Source: a virus
Taxonomy: Duplodnaviria > Caudoviricetes
Virus record (IMG/VR): IMGVR_UViG_3300020044_001514
Location: 1 to 31,988 of that record
Direction: 5' to 3' (one strand)
DNA length: 31,988 bases
In this document: one piece after another, positions 24,889 to 31,988 of the stretch
Numbering within the stretch: the stretch's first letter is position 1
Layout of the letters: each line of letters opens with the position of its first letter
Position numbers and translations under genes: made by a program
The notes under the pieces: generated by a model
The model's input: only the letters and a program-made list of their open reading frames with translations
What the model was told of the DNA's origin: nothing
Database searches by the model: none

Positions 24889-25132
24889 CGCCACGCAAAC
24901 GCAAATAGTGTCTGCACTTAGGGCCGCAGGTGCTTTTGTTTGGATTATTGGCCTACCTGTTGATTTGTTGTGCGGGTACAACGGAAAGATTTTTCTTTTT
25001 GAGGTAAAGACAAATTCAAAGAAAAAGCTGACAAAATTACAGACGGACTTCTTCAACGACTGGACAGGTGGAAACCTTTACAGGGTAGAGAGTCCAGATG
25101 ACGCATTAAGACTAATTGGAGCAATCAAATGA
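24866..25132 (+). CDS. VRR-NUC / PD-(D/E)XK nuclease (possible resolvase)
   Basis: MRRAARVD..Q..IV.ALR..GA, PVDLL.G.....LFEVK, LT.LQ..F motifs. Confidence 0.8.
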   Translation: MRRAARVDATQTQIVSALRAAGAFVWIIGLPVDLLCGYNGKIFLFEVKTNSKKKLTKLQTDFFNDWTGGNLYRVESPDDALRLIGAIK

Positions 25133-25380
25133 GCATTGAAAAAACACTTAAACAACGACAAAAGACGCATGGAGAGTTCAAGACTCATGCACAGATTAGC
25201 CAAGAGCTAAAGGCTGTAATGCGTGAGCATGGATTGCTTGAGCTATCTCCAGATCAGGTTGAAGCCCTTGAGATGATTGCACACAAGATCGCTCGTATCT
25301 TGAACGGCAACCCTAATACACATGACCACTGGCATGACGTAGCGGGATATTCAACGCTTGTTGCTGATGAGCTTAAATGA
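25129..25380 (+). CDS. DUF6378-like protein
   Basis: L..R...HG.F, KIARILNGNP..HDHWHDVAGY motifs. Confidence 0.7.
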   Translation: MSIEKTLKQRQKTHGEFKTHAQISQELKAVMREHGLLELSPDQVEALEMIAHKIARILNGNPNTHDHWHDVAGYSTLVADELK

Positions 25381-25790
25381 AATACAACCTGATTGACCAA
25401 CAGCAAGCTACTGTGCTGATGCAAAGCCTTTGGCCTAAAGTCAAATCTGCATTGACTGCTGGTCGTAAGCTAACAATAGAAGTAAAAGACGCAAGCAAAA
25501 GCCGTGAGCAAGAGGAAAAGTATCACGCAATCATTGGCGATATTGCTAAGCAAGCGCAGCACATGGGTCACAAGTGGGATGCTGAAAGCTGGAAACGATT
25601 GATGGTGGACAAATACTTGCGTGAAACAGGGTTTATGAACTCTCCAATCATTCCAAATCTTGATGGAACTGGAATCATTCAACTTGGCTTTCAAACCCGT
25701 AAATTCAGCAAAGAACAGGCAAGCGAATTTGTTGAGTTTTTGCTTGCCTGGTGCGCTGACAATGGAATTGAACTGAAAGATACGCCATGA
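25377..25790 (+). CDS. NinB-like recombination protein
   Basis: SREQ..KYHA..GDIAKQ...WK, P.LDG..I..LG.QTR...EF.EF..AW motifs. Confidence 0.75.
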   Translation: MKYNLIDQQQATVLMQSLWPKVKSALTAGRKLTIEVKDASKSREQEEKYHAIIGDIAKQAQHMGHKWDAESWKRLMVDKYLRETGFMNSPIIPNLDGTGIIQLGFQTRKFSKEQASEFVEFLLAWCADNGIELKDTP

Positions 25791-26011
25791 CGCTTCAAGA
25801 ACTACGCGCATATTACAACTTGCGTCAGTATCAAATTTCTCATTTGTTAAACGCTCAAGAGTTTCACAAACTGTGCAGCAAAGGAGCTGACTGCGATTTG
25901 CAGCTTTGGTTGTATTTGTTTTATTGGGCAGATGCGATGTGGGAAGCAGATGCACTTTGGCAAAAGTTAGGAAATACAGATGCATATTGGAAATCAAGGG
26001 GTAAAAAATGA
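25787..26011 (+). CDS. hypothetical protein
   Basis: ATGA-coupled on both sides. Confidence 0.55.
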   Translation: MTLQELRAYYNLRQYQISHLLNAQEFHKLCSKGADCDLQLWLYLFYWADAMWEADALWQKLGNTDAYWKSRGKK

Positions 26012-26487
26012 GCAAGACTAGAAAAAAATACAAGCCCAAAGGTGTTCGCTTAGATGCGATGTCATGGGTTCTGTCTGGCTTCAAAAATGTGGCCGACATT
26101 CCTGATGCTGGAACAAAGCTAATGCTCAGAAACCATGCTGCATTTGACGAGATTCGTGCTGGTCGAGGTGATAAGGGTCACGTTGATCTACTCATCCAAA
26201 TGGTCAATATGTGTGAAGCACTGGCAAAACTTCAACTAGGCCGTGATTGGTTGCCTGAGATTGGACAAGCTCAAGACGCAGTGTTTGCAATGGCGCAACG
26301 TGGGATTAGCGGAAAGAACTTTATTTTTACTGGTGAAGAACTGAAACTTGTTCAGCAAGTGCTTGAATTGCATGATGAACAGCTAAGAAACTGTCCAGTT
26401 AGGACAATGGAACAGGCTTTGAGCGATATTGCAAAAGAGTACGTTCACAAGAAGATGCGCCGCATTGAACCATTGGAGACAGCATGA
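26008..26487 (+). CDS. hypothetical protein
   Basis: 159 aa, RKKYKPK N-terminus, LELHDEQL motif. Confidence 0.7.
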   Translation: MSKTRKKYKPKGVRLDAMSWVLSGFKNVADIPDAGTKLMLRNHAAFDEIRAGRGDKGHVDLLIQMVNMCEALAKLQLGRDWLPEIGQAQDAVFAMAQRGISGKNFIFTGEELKLVQQVLELHDEQLRNCPVRTMEQALSDIAKEYVHKKMRRIEPLETA

Positions 26488-26705
26488 ACAAAAATGAAAT
26501 TATTAAGATGGCAAACGATGCTGAACTGTGCCAAACCATTTGGATTGACGATGAAGGGACAGAGATTGCATCATTGGTAGACTTTGCCAATCTGGTAGCG
26601 GCCAAAGAACGTGATGAAATTTTGAAGCTTTGTGAACCTTCAGAGCATAGCCATCAGTTTGTTCACACGTTTAAGAAAGTAATCAAAGCAAGGGGTAACG
26701 TATGA
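26484..26705 (+). CDS. modular protein, family B copy 1
   Basis: EIIKMA..A / FA.LVAAKER..C / IKARG linkers. Confidence 0.65.
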   Translation: MNKNEIIKMANDAELCQTIWIDDEGTEIASLVDFANLVAAKERDEILKLCEPSEHSHQFVHTFKKVIKARGNV

Positions 26706-26905
26706 AATTCCCACGTTTGCCCCGCAAGTGCAATATCCTTGAAGCGAAATATTCAGCGCAGCAAATGCACGAATACGCAGAGTTATGCATCAAGGAACAT
26801 GTAATGTTGAACACGCCAAGGATGACTTTATTGCCTGCGTATGTTATGCCAGCAATTCCAGGTAAAACGTCATTCATTAAACAACTAAGGAAGGCATTGT
26901 TATGA
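26702..26905 (+). CDS. hypothetical protein
   Basis: YSAQQMHEYA motif; ATGA-coupled. Confidence 0.55.
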   Translation: MKFPRLPRKCNILEAKYSAQQMHEYAELCIKEHVMLNTPRMTLLPAYVMPAIPGKTSFIKQLRKALL

Positions 26906-27198
26906 CACAAGATGAAATCATTGAGATGGCTAGACAGGCTGGTATGCGTTTAGATAAGCACAATGGTGGCTTTGTAGACGCATCCGAACTTAAACGCCTT
27001 GTCAAACTGGTGGAAGACAAAACAAGAAGAGAATTGCGCGAGGAAATCATTTACACATGGGTTCCACCTCATTTTGTTGATCTTGCTGTTAAGGATGAGC
27101 GTGAGGCGTGTGCAAATGTATGTGAGGCGTATCAAGACCCGTTTGCTGGGAAAGCTATGGCTGACGAAATCCGAGCAAGATCAGGAGATCAAAAATGA
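26902..27198 (+). CDS. modular protein, family B copy 2
   Basis: MTQDEIIEMARQAG / EREACANVCE / EIRAR linkers. Confidence 0.65.
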   Translation: MTQDEIIEMARQAGMRLDKHNGGFVDASELKRLVKLVEDKTRRELREEIIYTWVPPHFVDLAVKDEREACANVCEAYQDPFAGKAMADEIRARSGDQK

Positions 27199-27671
27199 TT
27201 ACGCAAGATGAATTAAAAGTTATGTTTGACTACAAGAATGGGCAATTGATTGCAAAAACTAAAAGCAAGTTTAGAGAAATTGGCGATGTTGTTGGCTCAT
27301 TGAATAGCAATGGCTATTTGGTTGCAAGCGTTAAGTCAAAGATTCATCGAGTTCATCGTTTAATTTTTTTGTGGCATCACGGTTTTATGCCAGAACAAGT
27401 TGACCATATAAATGGCGTTCGATGTGATAACAACATACAAAATTTACGACAAGCAACGTCAAGTCAAAACAATCAAAACAGAAAAGCAACGTCTAAGAGC
27501 GGTTTCAAAGGTGTTCATTGGCATAAACAGTCAAAAAAATGGGTTGCTTCTATTTGTATGAACAGAAAAAGTGTTCATCTTGGCTCTTATGCAACTAAAG
27601 AAGATGCCGCAAAAGTTGCAATAGATGCTAGAAAAAACATTCATGGCGAGTTTGCAAGAGGTGAAGCATGA
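27195..27671 (+). CDS. HNH endonuclease with AP2 domain
   Basis: HRLIF...VDHING.RCDN.I.NLR, SGFKGVHW....KWVASI, HGEFAR. Confidence 0.88.
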   Translation: MITQDELKVMFDYKNGQLIAKTKSKFREIGDVVGSLNSNGYLVASVKSKIHRVHRLIFLWHHGFMPEQVDHINGVRCDNNIQNLRQATSSQNNQNRKATSKSGFKGVHWHKQSKKWVASICMNRKSVHLGSYATKEDAAKVAIDARKNIHGEFARGEA

Positions 27672-27838
27672 AAACCGTACTAGCCCCAAATGCGCCATGG
27701 CCCGTTGTTAAGCCCGTTGTTAAGCGAACTGTGAAAAAACGGACAGAAAGGGCAAAGCAAAGCCAAATTGATGCAAACTTTGCTTTATGGCTAGAGCGTG
27801 AAGGCATAAATCTAATTGGAAAAAAGAAGATTCAATGA
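27668..27838 (+). CDS. small basic protein (56 aa)
   Basis: Read by hand: MKTVLAPNAPWPVVKP...; ATGA-coupled on both sides. Confidence 0.55.
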   Translation: MKTVLAPNAPWPVVKPVVKRTVKKRTERAKQSQIDANFALWLEREGINLIGKKKIQ

Positions 27839-28155
27839 TTGCAAGACCAAAACACCAGTATTTCAGAAGTAAGAAGCTGATGGAAGCGTACAGAGTAATC
27901 CCATGCCAAAACTGCTATGCAGAGGATGGAACTGTTTGCGGCGCTCATGCTAACTGGGGTTTTGGAAAGGGCATGGCAGTAAAGGCAGATGACAGCAAAT
28001 GCGCTAGTCTCTGCTTTTCATGCCATTCAATGCTAGATCAAGGTTCTAAGTTATCTAAAGAACAGCGCCAAGATTTATGGAATGAAGCCCACCAAAAGAC
28101 AGTAAACAGGCTAAAAGAGCAAGGTTTGTGGCCTAAAGAGCTGTTGACAAATTGA
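27835..28155 (+). CDS. YbcO/DUF1364-like zinc-binding HNH-fold nuclease
   Basis: CQNC...AH.N...GKGM..K.DD....LCFSCH..LD. Confidence 0.7.
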   Translation: MIARPKHQYFRSKKLMEAYRVIPCQNCYAEDGTVCGAHANWGFGKGMAVKADDSKCASLCFSCHSMLDQGSKLSKEQRQDLWNEAHQKTVNRLKEQGLWPKELLTN

Positions 28156-28170
28156 GTTTTTTGGTAAAAT
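28144..28170 (+). promoter_or_regulatory. sigma70-type promoter
   Basis: TTGACA (28144) and extended -10 TGgTAAAAT (28162-28170); spacer is only 15 nt. Confidence 0.6.
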
Positions 28171-28177
28171 CTAAGAA

Positions 28178-28592
28178 AACCAAGACGCATGAGGATTGGG
28201 TCATAAAATCGGTCAATGAGCCTCTGATAGTTTGGTGTCTTGCAAGCCAGCCAACTACAAGTTCTTAAACCCGATGAGATCATGGGAGTTGCTACCCTAA
28301 ACAGTCCTCAGCCGTGTTGGTGTCGTGGTTCTAGTCAAGCATCTGTCGGAAACAGAAGGGTAATCCGTAACACCCCCCAAACCAATTGACGACTGGTTCG
28401 CCAACAACTAACACGCATGAGGATTGGAAAAAGCCGAAAGTGACCTAATGCTCTGGTCTACATCTCTCGGTGATAGAGCATCCAGTCCTCAGTCGTGTTG
28501 GTTGAGAAATCGTTGATCTTGTTAAGTGGGTGAGTAGGCACACGCGATTAGTATCAAGCAACCCCCCGAGCCTTGCAAGGGAACCAACAACT
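28178..28592 (+). repeat. non-coding array of two alternating complementary repeats with four variable segments
   Basis: acgcatgaggattgg at 28185 and 28413; cagtcctcagYcgtgttggt at 28302 and 28483; ccaacaact at 28401 and 28584. Confidence 0.8.
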
Positions 28593-28611
28593 TTTAACTG
28601 AAAGGCTCAAA

Positions 28612-29028
28612 ATGGCTGGATTACTTGCACCTGCTGCTGAGATCAAGATTGAAATCGAGGAAATCGAGGCAGAAAAGCCTGTAATCGAAGGCTTGACCGC
28701 AGAATCAAACAAAAAGACACGCGACACTTTGGTGGAAACGCAAATGCTTGGCCCTGTTAAGACAGGTCAGCCAAATAGCGACTACTGGCGTGGTCTAGCA
28801 AACGTCTGGCGCATCTCTCCTGACCAAGCTAAACGCAACCTTTGCGCTAATTGCGAATACTTTGATGACCAGCCAGAAACATTGGAAGCAATGGAAGTTG
28901 TGCCTCAAGATGAGTTTGACAAAGACGGTGGTGGTCGCGGTTACTGCCACAAGTTCGAATTCATCTGCCACAACTTGCGTACTTGCAAGGCTTGGGAAAA
29001 AGCCGAGCCAATGAAGGAGGAAGACTGA
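28612..29028 (+). CDS. Cys-rich protein with HiPIP-like cysteine spacing
   Basis: ATG 28612 after aaagg; CANCEYF...GYCHKFEFIC....CKAW. Confidence 0.65.
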   Translation: MAGLLAPAAEIKIEIEEIEAEKPVIEGLTAESNKKTRDTLVETQMLGPVKTGQPNSDYWRGLANVWRISPDQAKRNLCANCEYFDDQPETLEAMEVVPQDEFDKDGGGRGYCHKFEFICHNLRTCKAWEKAEPMKEED

Positions 29029-29201
29029 TGGGAACTAAGCTCAATAAAGCTGCTCACGCCAAACTTGCAAAAGTGATGGGTGAGTACAAAAAAGGCGAGC
29101 TTCATTCAGGTAAAGGCGGCAAAGTCGTCACAAACCCAAAGCAGGCAGTGGCAATCTCTATCTCTGAAGCTGCAAAGCTGATGAAAAAACGGATGAAGTA
29201 A
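29028..29201 (+). CDS. DUF6496-like small basic protein
   Basis: KVMGEYKKGELHSGKGGKVV.NPKQAVAI.ISEA. Confidence 0.75.
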   Translation: MGTKLNKAAHAKLAKVMGEYKKGELHSGKGGKVVTNPKQAVAISISEAAKLMKKRMK

Positions 29202-29783
29202 ATGGCAGATTGGAGAGTAACCGACCCATTAGTGGCTGCTGCTGTTAAGGCTGGCGGCTTGCTTTCCAATGTGTTGCCACAAGGAATGATGACTCCTGCC
29301 CGTATTCTTGATGAAACAGTAAGCGGCAACCAAAAATCAATCACAGAGCAAGATTTAACTCCTGAACAACGTAAATTCCTTAAAGACTTGATCGCCTATA
29401 AAGAAGATTACGCAAAAAAGACGGAAACGCCTTCAGGAAGCATAAATTACGAAGACTACAAGCGTTATGCAGAACAGTTGCCAGAAGGTCAGCGAGTCTT
29501 TAACAAGACGCCTGGTCTACTAAGTGTTCTAGACCCATACGGTCAAATGCAAACGACTCTTGGTCAATTCCGATACACAAACGGAAAAGACGGCATAAAT
29601 ATCCGTGATGTTTACGACTTCAACAACCTACAAAGCCAAGCTGGTGCAATGGAAACAGCTTTAGGAATGTACGGAGCTGTTAGAGACTATGCAGGAAGAC
29701 AAGTTCCAGAAGGCTCAGGAAGGCCAGTAAACATTAACCTTCTTAGCGAAGAACCAAAGAAGAAGAAAAGTCTGTTAGACTAA
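29202..29783 (+). CDS. hypothetical protein
   Basis: 193 aa; TTLGQFRY...IRDVYDFN motif. Confidence 0.7.
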   Translation: MADWRVTDPLVAAAVKAGGLLSNVLPQGMMTPARILDETVSGNQKSITEQDLTPEQRKFLKDLIAYKEDYAKKTETPSGSINYEDYKRYAEQLPEGQRVFNKTPGLLSVLDPYGQMQTTLGQFRYTNGKDGINIRDVYDFNNLQSQAGAMETALGMYGAVRDYAGRQVPEGSGRPVNINLLSEEPKKKKSLLD

Positions 29784-29827
29784 AGTTATATCAACAAACC
29801 AACGAGCCGTAAGGAATTGGTAAACAA

Positions 29828-30163
29828 ATGACTAAACAAAATGAAAATAGTGGAATGGGTCGCCCCAAAGGTAGCCCTAATAAGGCCACAGCCGCCGTTA
29901 GAGAGGCGATCGCAGTGTTCGCAGAGGGTAATGCCCATAAACTGCAAGAGTGGCTTGATGACGTTGCTATGGGTGTAGGTGGAAACCGACCAGACCCTGC
30001 AAAAGCTGCTGACCTATATCTCAGAGCGATTGAATATCACATTCCTAAGTTGGCTCGAACAGAATTGACTGGTAAAGATGGTGGCGCTCTTGAAGTGTCT
30101 AACTTGTCTGAAGATGAGTTGGATGCCAAGATCAAGGCTGCAATGTCTGCCTTAAATGGTTGA
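29828..30163 (+). CDS. terminase small subunit (putative)
   Basis: GRPKGSPNKAT and PKLARTELTGKDGG motifs; overlaps terL start. Confidence 0.75.
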   Translation: MTKQNENSGMGRPKGSPNKATAAVREAIAVFAEGNAHKLQEWLDDVAMGVGGNRPDPAKAADLYLRAIEYHIPKLARTELTGKDGGALEVSNLSEDELDAKIKAAMSALNG

Positions 30164-31583
30164 GAAGTTAGAACTTCTGATGCTGCTTGAGGAAAAGCAG
30201 CGCAGGCAATACGAATACCGATATAAATACATTTTTGGCAGTCTGTACGGCTGGCAACAAGAGTTCATCGGTGCTACTCACGACTACACGCAATGCTGCC
30301 TTATTGCTGCTAACCGTATTGGTAAGACGCATCTAGGCACATACATTGACGCAATTCATGCTTTAGGTGATTACCCTGAAGAATGGAATGGACACAAGTT
30401 TGAGCATCCACCATTGATTTGGTGTCTTGGCTACTCAGGCGAAAAGACACGCGACTTGCTTCAAGCTGCCATTGTTGGTAAGAAGCAGGGTGACAAGTTT
30501 ATGGGCGGCCTTGTGCCTGCCGATCGAATCGTTGGTCATGAATCAATGGCTGGAACGACAAACGCGCTTCGGTCTGTGTTTGTTCGCCATGCTTCTGGCG
30601 GAACTTCTACCATTCAGTTTTGGAGCTATTCACAAGGTCAACACGCCTTGATGGGTGACGCTGTTGATTGGTTCCATATTGACGAAGAACCAAGGGATAG
30701 GGCAATCTTTCCGCAGGTTCTTGTTCGTACAGCCACTGGCGACCATAACAAAGGTGGTCGTGGGATTCTCACGTTTACGCCTGAAAACGGCAGGACAGAG
30801 CTTGTCATTCAGTTCTTGGATTCTCCATCTCCTGCCCAATTCTGTATGCAGAAGGGTTGGGATGACGCGCCTCACTTGAGCGAAAAGGTTAAAACTGAAC
30901 TGCTTTCATCTTTTCCTGTTCACCAACGTGAGATGCGTACTCGCGGCGTTCCTATGCTTGGTCATGGTCGAATCTATGACTTTTCTGAGGAGTTGGTGTC
31001 GTGTGAGCCGTTTGAAGCGCCAGATCACTTCTTTGTCATTGATGGATGTGACTTCGGTTATGACCACCCACAAGCTCAAGTTCAATTGCTTTGGGATAAA
31101 GATTCAGATACTTTCTATGTCTCAAAGGCATGGAAGGCTCGCAATATGTCGCCTGCCCAGGCTTGGGGCGCTACAAAGAATTGGTCTGAAAATGTACCAA
31201 CGGCATGGCCTCAAGACGGATTGCAGACCGAAAAGGGAAGTAGCAAACAGCTAAAAGAGTATTACATCGAAGCTGGTTTCAATATGTTGCACGATCACGC
31301 TACTTGGCCTGATGGTGGCAACGGTGTTGAAGTTGGCTTGATGGAGATTCGAGATTTGATGGTAACTGGTCGTTTTAAGGTGTTTTCTGGCCTTAGAGAC
31401 TGGTTTGAGGAATTCACTCAGTACCATCGAGATGAGAATGGCAAGATTCACAAGTTGAAGGAAGACTTGCTTGATGCCACACGTTACGCCTATATGATGC
31501 GCCGATTCGCTGTGCAAAAGTCACAGGTTAGGTCTAATCTATGGGGCAAATCTATTAACCAACCAGCGAAATGGGTAGTCTGA
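30156..31583 (+). CDS. terL: terminase large subunit
   Basis: Walker A AANRIGKT, Walker B FHIDEEP, LTFTP coupling motif, nuclease DFGYDHP and EDLLDATRYA. Confidence 0.93.
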   Translation: MVEKLELLMLLEEKQRRQYEYRYKYIFGSLYGWQQEFIGATHDYTQCCLIAANRIGKTHLGTYIDAIHALGDYPEEWNGHKFEHPPLIWCLGYSGEKTRDLLQAAIVGKKQGDKFMGGLVPADRIVGHESMAGTTNALRSVFVRHASGGTSTIQFWSYSQGQHALMGDAVDWFHIDEEPRDRAIFPQVLVRTATGDHNKGGRGILTFTPENGRTELVIQFLDSPSPAQFCMQKGWDDAPHLSEKVKTELLSSFPVHQREMRTRGVPMLGHGRIYDFSEELVSCEPFEAPDHFFVIDGCDFGYDHPQAQVQLLWDKDSDTFYVSKAWKARNMSPAQAWGATKNWSENVPTAWPQDGLQTEKGSSKQLKEYYIEAGFNMLHDHATWPDGGNGVEVGLMEIRDLMVTGRFKVFSGLRDWFEEFTQYHRDENGKIHKLKEDLLDATRYAYMMRRFAVQKSQVRSNLWGKSINQPAKWVV

Positions 31584-31589
31584 TGCTTT

Positions 31590-31769
31590 ATGATGAAACA
31601 GGGAAACCTGATTGATGCTCGTGCTTTTGCACTTTTACAAAACCGTGTTACAGAGCTTGAAAATCTTGTAAAGTCGTTACAATCGGAGCAACGCCCTAAG
31701 TTGGGCAGGCCAGCAAAGGTAAATGATGAGCCAAGACAAACTCAAGTCGATAATCCAAGCCGAGATTGA
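31590..31769 (+). CDS. small coiled-coil protein (59 aa)
   Basis: Read by hand: MMKQGNLIDARAFALLQNRVTELENLVKSLQSEQRPKLGRPAK... Confidence 0.5.
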   Translation: MMKQGNLIDARAFALLQNRVTELENLVKSLQSEQRPKLGRPAKVNDEPRQTQVDNPSRD

Positions 31770-31988
31770 CGGTAGCCTCGGATTCTTAGAAACAGAAACA
31801 ACCCAGCAGCGCCAAGAGGCGTTGCAGGCATACCTTCGTAATCCTTACGGTAACGAGATTGAAGGAAAGTCCAGCATCGTTACAGGTGAAGTAGCAGAAG
31901 CCATTGATGGCGCTTTGCCGCCTTTGGTGCGAATCTTTACAGCCTCGGATGAGGTTGTTCGCTTTGACCCTCGTGGCCCTAACGATGA
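31723..31988 (+). CDS. portal protein, N-terminal part (runs off window)
   Basis: MMSQDKLKSIIQAEID...R.EAL.AY...PYGNE.EGKS.IV..EVAE.ID...P.L.RIF; aagg RBS; follows terL. Confidence 0.85.
   Translation, partial: MMSQDKLKSIIQAEIDGSLGFLETETTQQRQEALQAYLRNPYGNEIEGKSSIVTGEVAEAIDGALPPLVRIFTASDEVVRFDPRGPND

Noticed and set aside
25470-26099. 209-aa minus-strand ORF
   Set aside because: Antisense to a chain of ATGA-coupled + strand genes including the NinB-like gene; no recognisable motif.
28178-28592. CRISPR array or tRNA cluster
   Set aside because: Two different alternating repeats, segments of 55-102 nt with unequal length, no cas genes, and no cloverleaf or T-loop consensus visible.
1-31988. 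Genome-wide TAG reassignment
   Set aside because: All long genes are intact under code 11. Only one in-frame TAG was found, at an expected Trp, and no suppressor tRNA is visible.

Overview
The window is an almost complete, circularly permuted genome of a tailed dsDNA phage with a podovirus-like (P22/SU10-type) virion module. It is cut inside the portal gene: the N-terminus starts at 31723 and the C-terminus ends at 459. On the + strand (1-16129) lie portal C-terminus, scaffold, major capsid, adaptor, tail/nozzle, three ejection proteins, a peptidase S74-type tail fibre, a fibre-associated gene interrupted by TAG, and an enlarged lysis cassette with Rz/Rz1-like spanins and a GH19 endolysin. 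A leftward early arm (~16190-21880) carries a small SSB-like gene, YqaJ exonuclease, HNH-AP2, ERF and many small genes, including three tandem linker-shuffled modular paralogues. After a divergent promoter region, a rightward arm carries MazG-like, replication initiator with internal iterons, VRR-NUC, NinB-like and YbcO-like genes. A ~410 nt non-coding repeat/variable-segment array follows, then terminase subunits and portal N-terminus. I see no integrase, repressor, helicase/primase, polymerase, reverse transcriptase, cas gene or tRNA. The spanins imply a Gram-negative host; a freshwater betaproteobacterium is a guess. The most notable unexplained structures are the promoter-driven array at 28178-28592, the modular genes at 20016-21241, several structured RNA candidates (16796-16880, 23761-23819, the duplicated early leader) and an HNH that appears to have replaced the exonuclease start. 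All product calls come from motif recognition and synteny, not database searches.
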